Positions 14,259 to 27,238 of a DNA stretch of 50,941 nucleotides are shown piece after piece. This stretch comes from Octopus sinensis (taxonomy: Eukaryota). A program made the position numbers and the translations under genes. The stretch spans positions 1 to 50,941 of the forward strand of contig NW_021834174.1 in assembly GCF_006345805.1 (NCBI RefSeq), given 5' to 3'. Each line of letters starts with the position of its first letter. The first letter of the stretch is position 1. The notes under the pieces were generated by a model, which saw nothing but the letters and a program-made list of their open reading frames with translations, was not told where the DNA came from and ran no database searches.

Positions 14259-14414
14259 CCGTAAAATTGGTGCTGTGGCCTCCTTAGTCTCCAGGGGAGC
14301 AAATGTTAATAAGCAGAACTCATGGGGCAACACACCTCTACATCGGGCTGCGCAGAACAACTATGATGATGTAGTCAAAGTCTGTTAAGTAGCAAAGGAA
14401 ATAACATTTTACAG
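14259..14414 (+). CDS. Exon 3, ankyrin repeat (RKIGAVASLVSRGANVNKQNSWGNTPLHRAAQNNYDDVVKV/LLSSKGNNILQ) with an apparent 1-nt deletion near 14381
   Basis: Acceptor tttcag at 14253-14258; AA+C completes the codon from exon 2; GNTPLH motif; donor GTTAGC at 14415. Length is 156 nt versus the required 157; TAA at 14386-14388 if uncorrected. Confidence 0.8.
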
Positions 14415-15271
14415 GTTAGCGAATACATTTATATTTGTGTATATAGATATGTATATATATGAATGTGTGTGTGTTATATGTATATGATATACACATACAG
14501 TTTAGTGCCCCAAATTTTGTTTCTTCATAACTGATGATTCATATTTTTATAAATAAAAGTTGCTGCAAGACTTCCTTTTGTACCCCACAAAAAAACCACC
14601 CTTTCTTTAAATTTTTTTCCCCGACACAAATCCCGCTTTTCGGTTAAGGGAAATACGAATCTGCAAAAAAATTGGCAAAAATCGGCATTTTTAAATTACC
14701 CCCACCCCTATTTCCTTCATTCTTTACTTTTTTCACAATTTTTTTTTCAGAATATGAGGGAAAATACGGAGATGATGATTCGGACAAAAATTTCAAAACA
14801 TTTCTGTAGTTGGGTTAGGGTTAGTGTTGGGGAAAAAAGTCAAAGTTGAAGAATTTGGGAGGGGGGTGGAAATTCCACTGCCGATTTTTTTGGCAATTTT
14901 CCGGAAACTCCGTGTCCCAAAAAATTTTTTAAGTAAACAAATTTAGGAGAAACTGGTGGTGGTGGGGGGGGGACTCTTTTGAAAGTTGCTCATTTCCTTG
15001 TGTGTAGATGATGATTATGGTAATAAAATAAATAACTTTGATGAGTTGCAGATCAATACCCCTCCTCCCATGACACTCACTTTTTCACTTTCTTTCCCAC
15101 AATCCAGACATAATTGTTTGCTACAACATGGAAAAGGGTGGATTTCTGTTAAATTTCATTGAAAAATGGGTGGTCGTTTTGGAAATGGTCTCACAAAATG
15201 GAAATTATTTGTTCAGCAGTTTCTCTAAACAGTTTATATTTGTTTAATTTTAAATTTTCTTCACACAGACC

Positions 15272-18050
15272 TATTACTCAAAGCCTTTGACGAAATAGAA
15301 GGGGATATAGCATCATATGATGTTGAAGACAACTGGAGGTTTCTACGGGACAACCTGCTGGGGGCCACTGACCAGATCTGTGGATGGTGCAAAGTCCCCT
15401 CTCGACCTAAGGTAACGGTGGTGGAACAGCATTGTTGACAGGGCTATTAGACAAAAGAAACAGGCTTGGAAGGACTGGAAGAGCGGTGGTAGCAGGGAAT
15501 TGTATCAGACTGCCAGAAGGGAAGCTAGGAGACAGGTTTATTTAGCCAGAGGGGAAGCAGATAAGAAAAAATTTGCCAATGTTCTGTGCCATGAAGACCA
15601 AAGACTTGAGGTATTTTGTGTTGCAAGACAGTGTGTGAGAGAGAATCGTGATGTCGTAGGAGAGAAATGTATCCGCATGAATGATGGTTCACTTGCATTA
15701 AACGAGACTGCAAAGAGAGAGGTTTGGAAATGCCACTATGAAAGGTTGTTCTTTAAAGAGAATGAATGGGAGAAAGAGAGTCTGCTGAATGTCGACCCAA
15801 CAGGGATCAGCTATCCGAGTTGACATACCTTGGTAGATAAAGCAATTAAGAGTATGAAGACAGGGAAAGCACCCAGCCCATCAGGAATCACCACAGAGAT
15901 ACTCAAAATATCTGGCAGTGTTGGCTATAGCCTAGTTACCTGTCTAGTTGACCAGGTGATACATGAAGGACTCATACCTATGACTGGTGTAGTAGCACTA
16001 TAGACAACTGCTACAAAAGTAAAGGTGACGCTTTAGATACAAATAATTATAGAAGTATTAAGTTGTTGGATCAGGTAATAAAGGTCACGGAGAGGGTCAT
16101 AGCCCAACTAATTAGGGAGAGAGTCAGTTTAGATGAGATGCTGCTTAGGTTCATGCTAGGGAAAAGCACCACTGATGCTATATTTCTGGTAAGACAGCTG
16201 CAGGAGAAATACCTAGCCAAAGATAAACCTCTGTACCTGGCTTTCGTTGACATGGAGAAAGCCTTTGACAGGGTCCTCCGATCCCTTATCTGGTGCTCAA
16301 TGAGGAAACTAGAGATAGATGAATGGTTAATGAGAGCTGTGCAAGCCACATACAGGGACACTGTCAGTAAGGTGAGGGTTGGCAACGAGTATAGAGAAGA
16401 ATTCCGAGTAGGGGTAGGGGTCCACCAAATATCTGTCCTTAGCTCCCGCTTATTCATCATAGTCCTCCAATCAATAACAGAGAAATTCAAGACATGATGC
16501 CCCTGGGAGCTCCTCTATGCTGATGACCTTGCTCTAATTAGTGAGTCACTATCAGAACTAGAGGAAAAGTTTCAGGTGTGGAAGCAAAGATTAGAATCGA
16601 AGGTCCTTAGAGTCAACCTAGCTAAAACCAAAGTCTTAATAAGTAGCAAGGCAGACAAATCACAAACACCTTCAGGTAGATGACCCTGCTCAATCTGTAG
16701 AAAAGGTGTAGGTAGAAACTATAAGATGTATCCAGTGTAAGCTATGGACACATAAGAGGTGCAGTAATATCAAAGGAAGGCTAACTGGGAAGATAGTTTT
16801 TGTATGTGGCAGATGCTCAGGTGCAATAACCACGGAAAATGCGCAGAGAACAGCTTCTGTCACATTCCAGGGAAAAAAACTAGAAGTAGTGGATAGCTTC
16901 CATTAACTAGGGGACCAAGTCAATAGCAGGGGTGGATGCTCTGATAGTGTAGCTGCTAGAATAAGAATAGCCTGGGCAAAGTTCAAAGAGCTCCTACTCC
17001 TGCTGGTGACAAAGGGCCTCTCACTCAGAGTAAAAGGTTGACTGTATGACGCATGTGTACAAACAGCCATGCTACATGGCAGTGAAACATGGACTGTGAC
17101 TGCTGAGGACATGGCTAAGCTTGCAAGGAATGAAGCCAGTATGCTCCACAGGATTTGTGATGTCTGTGCATACATGGGAGAAAAGTTGGTGTGCAGGAGA
17201 GATGACTGCGCTGCTATGGTCATGTGTTGCGAATGAATGAGGACAGCTGTGTGAAAAAGTGTTACACCCTAGCAGTTGAGAGAACCTGTGGAAGAGGTAG
17301 ACCCAGGAAAACCTGGGATGAGGTGGTGAAGCATGGCCTTCCAACATTGGATTTTACCGAGGCAATGACTAGTGACCGGGACCTTTACAGATATGCTGTG
17401 CTTGAGAAGACTCGACAAGCCAAGGGAAACCATGGCCTATGCCAGTGGATGTAACCAGCCCACTTAGGAATACTCATTCATTGGAAGATAAACCGAAGAA
17501 CTATTGAGGCAAGTGAAATCAAAATTGCTGATGCGGCCGACGACAGTACCGCCTGATTGGCACTCATGCCAGTGAAACGTTAAAAGCACATCCGAATGTG
17601 GGGTGTAACCAGGACACTTATGGGTACCCCTCATTCATTGGACAATGAACTTTGCTTGTGAAGACTTTTTGAGGCCAGTGAAAACAAACCACAATCGCTG
17701 ACGTGGCCGATGACAGTACCACTGATGCCAGTGGAAAGTTAAAAGCACATCCAAGCGTGATCGTTGCCAGGGCCATGGATTGGCTCCCGTGCCAGTGACA
17801 CATGAAAAACAACATTCAAGCATCATCATTGCCAGTGCCACCGGACTGGCTCCCATGCCGGTGGCACAAAAGAGGACTCAACTAGACTCTCGGAGTGGTT
17901 GGCATTAGGAAGGACATCCAGCTGTAGAAACATTGCCTGACCAGATTGAGCCAGGTGCAGCCTCTGGCTCACCAGTCCTCAGTCAAACCGTCCAACCCAT
18001 GACAGCATGGAAAGCGGACATTCAACGATGATGATGATGATGATGATGAG
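15272..18050 (+). mobile_element. Second, 5'-truncated and more decayed RTE copy with (GAT)n tail
   Basis: Colinear with 11500-14140; ORF fragments 15500..15823, 16063..16497 and 17224..17454; many stops. Confidence 0.92.
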
Positions 18051-18163
18051 ATCTATACATACACAAATATAAACACACATAAACACATATATACACAAAA
18101 ATATATAAACAAGTGATCAGTGAAAATATAAAACACATATGTATATATATGTGCGTGAGAGTG

Positions 18164-18198
<35 letters not shown>

Positions 18199-18368
18199 CT
18201 GTGGGTACAGGTATGATATGAACCTCATTTATTTACTCCTCTCCAACTTCATTCCACCTGTTTATTAATCTGATTCTTTCTTTTTTTCTGAAATATTTCA
18301 TTTTTGCGCTGCCCCACCCCCATCCACTTGACGCCATCTTTAATGTCTTTATTGTTTATCTTTTTTAG

Positions 18369-19033
18369 GTCACTCAGCAAAATAATGATCATTGGACCCC
18401 TCTACATGTTGCCTCTTATCAAGGACACACAGACACAGCTAAACTTCTCCTACAACAAAAGGACACTGATGTGAGGGTGAAGGACAAAGATGGTTGGACA
18501 CCTCTACATCTTGCCTGTCAGAATGGACACACAGACACAGCTAAACTTCTCATACAACAAAAGGGCACTGATGTGAGGGTGGTGGGCAACAATGGTTGTA
18601 CACCTCTACATCTTGCCTCACTTCAAGGACACACAGACACAGCTAAACTTCTCCTACAACAAAATGGCACTGATGTGAGGGTGGTGGACAAAGATCGTTG
18701 GACACCTCTACATCTTGCCTCACTTCATGGACACACAGACACAGCTAAACTTCTCATACAACAAAAGGGCACTGATGTGAGTGTGGTGACCAACGATGGT
18801 TGGACACCTCTACATCTTGCCTCACTTCATGGACACACAGACACAGCTAAACTTCTCCTACAACAAAATGGCACTGATGTGAGGGTGGTGAGCAACGATG
18901 GTTGGACACCTCTACATCATGCCTCTTATAATGGACACACAGACACAGCTGAACTTCTCCTACGACAAAATGGCATCAATGCCAATAAAATGGACAATGA
19001 TGGTGACACTCCTCTCCATGTGGCAGTTCAAAA
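18369..19033 (+). CDS. Exon 4, six near-identical 34-aa ankyrin repeats plus the start of a seventh
   Basis: Acceptor ttttag at 18363-18368; phase 0 start; repeated WTPLHLA...GHTDTAKLL...GTDVRV; donor GTAAGT at 19034; overlaps ORF 18471..19037. Confidence 0.95.
18393..19004 (+). repeat. Intra-exonic tandem repeat, 6 x 102 bp
   Basis: Unit starts at 18393, 18495, 18597, 18699, 18801 and 18903 (exact 102-bp period). Confidence 0.95.
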
Positions 19034-19810
19034 GTAAGTCCCCAATGGATTTGGATTATCCAGATCTTTTTCTTTAATGTTTTCAATAACGTTTGTTTTC
19101 TTGTTTTGAGTCATTCATGTCATAATCCCACCATGGGACGTCGTGCTTCAACTCTCTCTCTCACACTCTAATGACACTGTAACCTACTTCATTAATTAAT
19201 CATCATAATTATTATTGTTGCTGTTGTTACCTGACTAGATTCTTACTTCATCTCATCCTTCGTTACCTCAACGTTACAAGTTCAAATCTTTCCTTTTCTT
19301 CTTTTCATTCCATATAAAACCCTCACCCCCTCTCTCTTATAATTTTCCTCTTTCCTCTGACCTGGGCTAAATGCAGAATCATTCCTTACAGTGTTTAGTT
19401 TGATCTGTTTATGTTCCAAGTTCAAATCCTGCCAGAGTATTTATTAACAGCCTGGAGTGAAAATCTGCACCAGTAATATCCAGGGGTTCATTTAATAAAT
19501 TGTCCTCCCTCTTTTCTCCTGTTTTTGTGTCTGATTGCTGTTGGGCAAAATACCTTGTGGTATTTATTTACCACACTTTATGTTCAGAGTTCAAATCCTG
19601 CTGAGGTCACCTTGTCCTTCCATCTTTGCTAGGCTAATAAAATACAATACCAGTCATGTACTGGGGTCCTTATAATCCACATTAACGCTTCTCCCCATCC
19701 TAAATTTCATGGCTATATAACAGTTGTTCATCATACCATATATAGATTGCTGTGTTTACTCAGGTGTGTATATCTATCGTTGGTCTATAATGTAGAGAGT
19801 ATATCGAATA

Positions 19811-20352
19811 TACGAGGGGGTACCCAAAAGTGGCCGGAAACGTTTCTGTAGGGAAGGCCATTGAAGTTCAGGCTTCTGCTGCTAGAAGCCACTTGATGCG
19901 ATACTCAGGCATCAGCTTGCCAAGTGGCATCTTTGAGGATGGTGCTGTTACCATGTGGTGCATCTTTGTTTTGCAGGGCTTCTCCCCTGTTCGAGTTTTG
20001 CAATGGCTGAAATGAAGGATCAGCTTGCTTCCATGAAATTCTGTTTTCTGCTGGAGAAAACGGCAGCCGAAACAGTTGTCATGCTTCAAACAGTTTACGA
20101 GGACACTGCCATGATGCCACGAGCAAAACACAAAATCACGAGTGGTTTTCATGCTTTTCGAATGGTCACTTGTCACTTGAGGTCCAACCTCATTCAGGGC
20201 AGTTCCAGCACTGCTACAAATAGTGGGAAACATGTCTGGGTCGATGCATTGCTTCAAATGGGGACTACTTTGACGGTGATAATAGTGTTAATACGTAAAA
20301 CTAAGCAAAGAAAATAATATTGCAAAATTCTGGGCCCTTCTAGGTCCCCACC
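19811..20352 (+). mobile_element. Internally deleted mariner relic
   Basis: TACGAGGG-type left end; ASMKFCFLLEKTAAETVVMLQTVY mariner HTH; degenerate right end cacctcata before (TA)n. Confidence 0.7.
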
Positions 20353-20934
20353 TCATATATATATATATATATATATATATTATACACTAACGTGCTTTGC
20401 TTTCCTTTTCTTTCTCCACGAAATTTAATTCTTTAAACCCCTCCGGTATAAAAGTTAATTTCGTTCATTTCTCTATGCTACCCTAAAACATCGCCATTTC
20501 CGCCATTCGTTCGTCTTTAAGGTACCTTCAATCCTTTAATTCGATCTTCGCCATTCGCGGTGCGCCGCCTTTTCCCACCCCCACCACCAATACGGTGAAC
20601 ACTGTTCACACCATCTACACCGGATATGCCCTCCCCCACCAACATTACGTGTGTCTCTCCCTCCTACCCCTCCTCCTCACATGCTTTCAATGGTATTACC
20701 CCTCCCTCCCCACCAAGACAAGCAGCTAGCGCCGCAGCTCATCAACCGCCCCACTTATCTTACGTTTCCTCCTGTTTTGAATCTGTCACTGCCTCAACCA
20801 GCTATCTCCTTCCAGTCCCCTCCCCCACTCGTGATGTCCTACGTTTTATTTCCTACGAACCTGCACCAACCCTGCCTGTCATCGTTCCTCTTACCCCAAC
20901 CCTCCCCACTGGTGCTTCCCTATATTACCTGCAC

Positions 20935-21248
20935 CCCCAAAAAGCACCATCCGAACGTGGCCGATGCCAGCGCCGCCTTGGCTGGCTTCCGTGCCACTGG
21001 TACGTTAAAAGCTCGAACCGATCGTGACCGATGCCGGACCCCCCCCTGGCACCTGTGCAGGTGGCACGTAAAAAGCACCCACAACACTCGCGGAGTGGGT
21101 TGGCGTTAGGAAGCATCCAACCATAGAAACTCTGCTGCAGATCAGACTGGAGCCTGGAGCAGCCCCTGGCTTCCCAGACCCCGGTCAAACCGTCCAACCC
21201 GTGCTAGCGCGGAAAACGGACGTTAAACGATGATGATGATGATGATGA

Positions 21249-21250
<2 letters not shown>
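20935..21250 (+). mobile_element. RTE 3'-UTR/tail fragment
   Basis: Matches 13850-14140 and ends in (GAT)n. Confidence 0.85.
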
Positions 21251-21285
<35 letters not shown>

Positions 21286-21782
21286 GGCTCCATGGATTGA
21301 GATGTAGGAAGGTGAGCTTCAAACAATCCATAGAAAATGTAAGAAACAACTTTCAGGAACAAAAGGGGTTATTGGAGTGCAAGGTTGTTGGTTTATCCCT
21401 TACCGCATCTTCTGTGTTTGAACATGTGCCTCCTATTGATACTGTAAACTGATTTAATCTAGACACCCTTGGTCTGAAGAGTAGCCTGTGGTAAACCCTC
21501 GTTGGATATTTACCAGTTCTGATGTTCCACCTGCTTTGAAACTTATGTAGCAGCCCAGATTTTATCTACTCTTACTTACTTTCTTAAACTCATATATATA
21601 TATATATATAATATATAATATATATATATATATATATATAATATATATACACACATAGTATAATGTGTATTTGTGTGTATGTAATTATTGATGTAATTAG
21701 GTTATAATGACCTAATTACATTTGTTTTCATTGGTTTATCTATTATAATAATTTTTTCCTCTCCTCTTTGTATAACTTTCAG

Positions 21783-21818
21783 GCACACTATGGTGTGGTA
21801 TCGTTGATGCTGGCCCAG
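21783..21818 (+). CDS. Exon 5, short ankyrin second-helix exon (AHYGVVSLMLAQ)
   Basis: Acceptor tttcag at 21777-21782, donor GTAAGT at 21819. It completes the repeat begun in exon 4 and is in phase 0 with exon 6, but the exon 4/5 junction is 1 nt short. Confidence 0.7.
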
Positions 21819-22299
21819 GTAAGTTAACAAATAATATTATATCCTCTCTCTATTATTCAATATTTATATCATCAAAATACCAGCGAAATTCTGGGGGTAA
21901 GATTTAATCACTGCACTGCAGCAGCCTTTAAATGGCGGTCTTGAGTCTGTGAAGAATAATTAATTGTTGGTAATAACAATGATGATTTAGTAGTGGTGAT
22001 GACAGTCCAATAGTACCACCACTGCTGATAGTACTATCTTTTTAATGGTCAGACAAAACAAGGTCATGAATTCAACCCATATATATCAGATCATATATAT
22101 CGTCATCAACCACTCTGCCATATGCCTGTGGCATTGGCATAGTGGTTAATAGTACAGGCCACTAACCCCAAGATTCCGAGTTCAGTTCCAGGCAGTGACT
22201 TGAATAATAACAATAATAATAATAGTAATTAATAATGATGATATAATAATAATAATAATAATAAAATAATAATAATAATAATAATAACTTGAAAAATAC

Positions 22300-23180
22300 C
22301 CTTTGGAGAGAACATGCTGGCGGAGCAAATGCTAATAACAACCTTTTCAGATGCTGATAGCTGCAGCCAATGTAGACACAGCACTGTCGATGGGGCACAT
22401 TAGCCATGCAACAAGTATCTCGTCTTATGCGCACCTCCCCCACACGCCCCTACAGGTCTGTCAAATGAACTGAAGGGCTACTTCTATGACACTCTTCTGC
22501 TGGCCACTTCAAAGATAAATGACCGTGACCTTCATGGCTGGTGATTTCAATGGACATGTTGGGCAGCACCCAGGTATCTTCCAGGGGTACATGGTGGACA
22601 ACAAATTGTGGGAACAAAAACAATAGCCACCATGTCACATGGAAGCCCCCTGCATGTTGTCCAACATGCCCATTGAAGTCGCCAGCCACAAAGAGAAGGT
22701 CCCTGTCATTCATTGACGAGGTAGTCTGCAAGAGGGTGTCATAAAATCAGTCTTTCTGTTCATCAGGTAGCCCTGGCTGAGGGTCATAAGCCGAGATAAT
22801 GGTTGCTAATCCATGTTGCAGCACTAATCTAAACTTAAGTATTCCATCACAGACTCTGACTATCCCGATTACCTTATCAGCCCATTTCTCTGCAAGAAGT
22901 ATACTCATGCCCCCGACTCCATCAGTGTTCCCTACCCAGAAAATCTTATACTTATGTTCTTTGCCTGTGAGGAACCTAGGAGAACTTCCTCTTTACCTTC
23001 TTGGATGCAGCACAAATCTACACGTCTCTGTTCAAGCATGTTAACAATCTCACCAGACCTACCTTTCAGTGTGCCAACGTTGAGAGTACTAACTCTGAGG
23101 GTGTTGAAGGTATGGGTCCATGAGACCCTGGGATGGGGGACAGCAGCACCACGTACCTGAAAAGAAAGCTTGCATTTGGC
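22300..23180 (-). mobile_element. Rearranged RTE endonuclease-region fragment
   Basis: Minus ORFs with DLLFVAGDFNGHVG and TLNVGTLKGRSGEIV. Confidence 0.85.
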
Positions 23181-23295
23181 AGAACCCATAAACATACAAT
23201 AGTCTTCAACCTGCATACACTACACCATCATTTTATGCACTACATAATCACTACATTACATAGGAGAAACCCTATATATATAAATATATGTATTG

Positions 23296-23713
23296 TTTAA
23301 TAATATATTATTAATATAAGTAAATCAATATCGAATTTTTCACAAAGATATACCCATATGAAACACCATTTTACAATTTTAATTCAAATTTTTATATAAA
23401 AATATCATTCGGTACATTATTCAATATTCATATTTTATATCTCTGAAGAGGAGAAGGGTTGTCTATAAGTGCTTTAACAACATAGGACTTTATTATAGGG
23501 TCAACCCTTTTGCGAAACGATTGTAAGATGCTTAAAACTTAATTCAAAACTTTTAAACTTTCAAATTTATTTTATACATCATATTTATATTTTTTAATAT
23601 TTATTTATTTATTTATATGCATTTTTAATACATAAAGTCTTTCATATGGGTATATCTTTGTGAAAAATTCGATATTGATTTCCTTATATTAATAATAATA
23701 ATATATTATTAAA
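23296..23713. repeat. ~70-bp inverted repeat (23296-23363 / 23640-23713) enclosing the solo hammerhead
   Basis: aatcaatatcgaatttttcacaaagatatacccatatgaaa versus tttcatatgggtatatctttgtgaaaaattcgatattgatt. Confidence 0.9.
23438..23530 (+). ncRNA. Solo type I minimal hammerhead ribozyme (Penelope pLTR-like)
   Basis: Helix I tatct/agatg; CTGAAGA at 23443-23449; helix II ggagaagggttg/caacccttttgc; GAAA at 23514-23517; helix III AC/GT with wobble-palindromic ACGATTGT; cleavage triplet GTA at 23523-23525. Confidence 0.75.
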
Positions 23714-24417
23714 ATATATATGTATATATCACTCATATTAAATATATAAATACTTTAATAGTATTAATATTATTTTATACAATGGAGCACTTAATATAAA
23801 TTCAGTATATAATATTATTGAATATATATATATATATATGTATTGTATCACCAATTATTATGACACGATACTGTTTATACTATAACCTTGTAGTAACAAT
23901 AAAACATATTACGGATCAGGGTAACAACAACAATCCATACACAAACCAACAAACAATGAAAACAACACCTTACGACTTCCTGCAATTAACACCTACTCTC
24001 TCTGGTCTCTCACTCAGACTGCTACTATTCATAGTCGTTCAGTCAAGTCTGTTCTTGCACGCGTTCTTGTGACTCTCACCACAACATGTAATCGAGTCCA
24101 GGACTTATTCTTTGTAAGCCTAGTACTTATTCTGTTGATCCTTTTTGCCAAATCATTAGCTTACAGGGATGCAAACATACCAGCATCGATTGTTAAGCAA
24201 TGTTGGGAGGACAAACAAAGACACACAAACACACACACACACATATACGATGGGCTTCTTTCAGTTTTTGTCTACCAAATCCACTCACAAGGCTTTGGTC
24301 AGCCCGAGATAGTACAAGACACTTACTCAAGGTGCCATGCAGCGGGGCTAAACCCGGAATCATGTGGTTGGTAAGCAAGCTATTTACCATAGCCACTCCC
24401 GTATGTGTATATATATA

Positions 24418-24471
<54 letters not shown>

Positions 24472-24783
24472 TTGTGTGTATCTCACTTCCATAACATTCA
24501 TGTATATGTGTGTGTATGTACAGGAATGTTAAGGATGTGGACACTAACCAACTCACCTGTTTTATGAACCCCTTATTAATATAGCAACATCATAATTCTT
24601 CATTACTAGTTTTGATCTGCTAATTATATGTTCACTCTTGTTCTGCTCCCCTAAAACTTACTATAGTGAGAGATAAATATAGATTAGGCTGAAACAATCT
24701 GTTTAAGACCTCTTAATATATTTATCATGTCCCTAACACATATCCCATGTACATTTTCAATTTCTATTTTTACTTCCACAAAG

Positions 24784-24996
24784 GATTCACTGAAACTGGA
24801 TATTGAGAATCATAAGAAAATGACACCATTGCTGAAAGCCGTCTCCGGGGCCCACCTCGGAATAATCCATAAACTTATTATACTTGGTGCAAACATAAAT
24901 GCTGTCGACAATGATGGCAATAATTGTTTGCACCTCGCCATAAAAAAGAAAGAGATGTTCCATTCTGAGGTGGAACCCATTCCCATTTTAGATGAG
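24784..24996 (+). CDS. Exon 6, ankyrin repeats (DSLKLDIENHKKMTPLLKAV...GANINAVDNDGNNCLHLAI...PILDE)
   Basis: AG at 24782-24783, donor GTAAGT at 24997; 213 nt, phase 0-0. Confidence 0.9.
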
Positions 24997-25859
24997 GTAA
25001 GTTTATAAAAATGTTTGTGAATATGTGTGTGTGGTTGGCATTAGGAAGGGCATGCAACCGTAGAAACTATGCCAAAACTGGCAATTGGTGCCTGAGCAGC
25101 TCTGCAGCTGCCCAGCTTCTGCCAAACTATCCAACCCATGCCAGCATAGAAAACGAATGTAAAATGATGAGGAGAAGTTGTGTATGTGTGAGTGAGAGAA
25201 AGAGAGAGAAGTAGAGAAACAGGCAGACATTGTTTGCTATTTTCTTTCACTCCCATCCACTTCTCCTCCTTTAGTATTAAATAATTCAGTTTCTCCTGAT
25301 AGCACCAGTTGTATTATGTAACTAACAATATTCATCTCTTCATTCATCTTCACATTCAAAAGCATGGCCACTCCACTGTAAAAAAGGTAACCCATCTTAA
25401 ATATGTGTCATGTAAACACTGCCATCACTGTATGAAGGAGAGGTGACCAACGACAGAGATAAGTCTTTAAATTTAAGAAAGAGAAATTCACAAACTGTTT
25501 TAAATATCGAATTTCAAGTTAAACGAGTTGAACTGTGTTAATTGCGAGAAAGCATATTTCATTATTCTTTTTCAAAGAAAGGAAAAGGAAAATAAATTCG
25601 TTTATGGACAATTAAATTTAAAGAAAATATATTCATGGACTTCGAAGAAAGTTTCTTTTATCAGTATGATAATGAATATATAACTGAGTTTATTCAAAGT
25701 TGATAATTAGGGTTCCAAATATTGCCAGGGCTTGTACTTTGTGTGTATATTGACTACAGTAATACCCCTTGCAATGATTGTAAAGAAGGGAGATGTGATG
25801 AGAATGAATTTACATTAAGATGTGCATACAAAAGTGTGATGTCACAAGATTGTATGTAT

Positions 25860-26030
25860 GACGATGTAACTAGACAGATAGTCATAGAGGCCCTTTGTTA
25901 CCAACAAAGATAGAAGCTCTCTGAACTTTGCCCTGCTTAATCTTATTCTAGCAGCTATGCTCTTGGCACATCCACCTCCACTACTGACTTGATTACCTAG
26001 ATAACAGTAGCTATCAACTACTTCTAGGTG
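25860..26030 (-). mobile_element. Short RTE RT C-terminal fragment
   Basis: LEVVDSYCYLGNQVSSGGGC...FRELLSLLVTKGL matches 13080-13220. Confidence 0.8.
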
Positions 26031-26031
26031 C

Positions 26032-26063
<32 letters not shown>

Positions 26064-27062
26064 TTGTTTGTTTGAAAGACATCAGCATCTATCCACTGCT
26101 AGATCTGATGGCATTTATTGTCTGTTGTTGCAGAATTTAAGCAACTCTTTGATTCCCAAATATGTAACGGTCACTACAGATGTGTGACTGTAATTCAGAC
26201 AGTTGATGGTCACCTGTGTATTGTTGTAATGTCTTCTTTGGTGAGAAGAAGCTACTCTAGCAGTCAACGACCCATTATTATAGGAATTGTCTATCAGACT
26301 AACAGTTTCAACAATTTCTTGGCTATAATGTGTTGGTGTGTTGCCTCAACCACCACACCAATCTTTACTTCACTTCATCAGCCAAAAATGTTTCTTTATA
26401 AATTTTGGAAACATTATTGATATGCTTGGATATGTCTGTCTGGTGTTGGTTTTGTTGCTGTGTCTGAAGAAATTATTATGTTCTTGGTGTTCTCTGTTCA
26501 TTGTTTGTTGTTATGGAAATGAGTTGCACTTAGTGACCAGTGAAACGTTTCCCAATCAATATTTGGATTATCGAAATTACCAGTAGGAAAATATGGGTGA
26601 CTGCTTTCATAGATGCAGATCTGAAGATGTCAAAAATCTGAGTTTTGATGGCAGTTTTGCAAATTCAAGTAGGAGTATATATGTTGTTAAAAAAATACTT
26701 CTTGTTGCTACCAGTTAAAATCTCCACAAGGAATTACAGAAAACCTTGAGTGACCATAGACCATCAGACGACCCGCATGGTAATTAGAATGGCCTTTGTG
26801 TAACAAAATGTTGCTTGCCATTGTTTGTTGTTATGTTGTTGTGTTATATTTATATATACAATACTCTTCCATAAGTATTTCTTTTGTTATGGCCAGTTGG
26901 CTTTATTAAGCCAGTTGTAAAGATAGGTTCTTGTTGGTTTGTTGTGTTCTGTTATTTGTGATACTTGTTCCATTATATTTCCTACATTTGACATGATTTG
27001 TTTATCTACAATATATATTTGTGTAATATTCTACTCATCGTTTTATATTTCATCATTTGCAG

Positions 27063-27238
27063 TGCTGCAGAGAGCTCCAACTGGACATGGATAGGAGGTT
27101 CTCTGGAATAGTAGTTGGGAGTTATCTTGCCAGCAAAGGAGCCAGCTTATATCATCGTAATGATAAGAAAGTGACCCCATTGGACTACATAAAAAATCAA
27201 CATTTGAAAGAAAAATTAAAAACATTTTTACAATCACT
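27063..27238 (+). CDS. Exon 7, terminal ankyrin (IVVGSYLASKGASLYHRNDKKVTPLDY), similar to the Mind-bomb last repeat
   Basis: Acceptor ttgcag at 27057-27062, donor GTAAGT at 27239; phase 0 to 2. Confidence 0.88.

Noticed and set aside
14379-14385. Alternative in-frame donor AAA|GTCTGT that avoids the exon 3 frameshift
   Set aside because: Weak donor, and it would shorten the ankyrin repeat to about 25 aa by deleting the end of helix 2; not excluded without RNA data.
12271-16490. Minus-strand ORFs antisense to the RTE copies
   Set aside because: Antisense shadows of the RT coding frames.
20626-21027. Proline-rich 133-aa ORF
   Set aside because: C-rich low-complexity sequence running into an RTE tail; no splice-phase fit with the gene.
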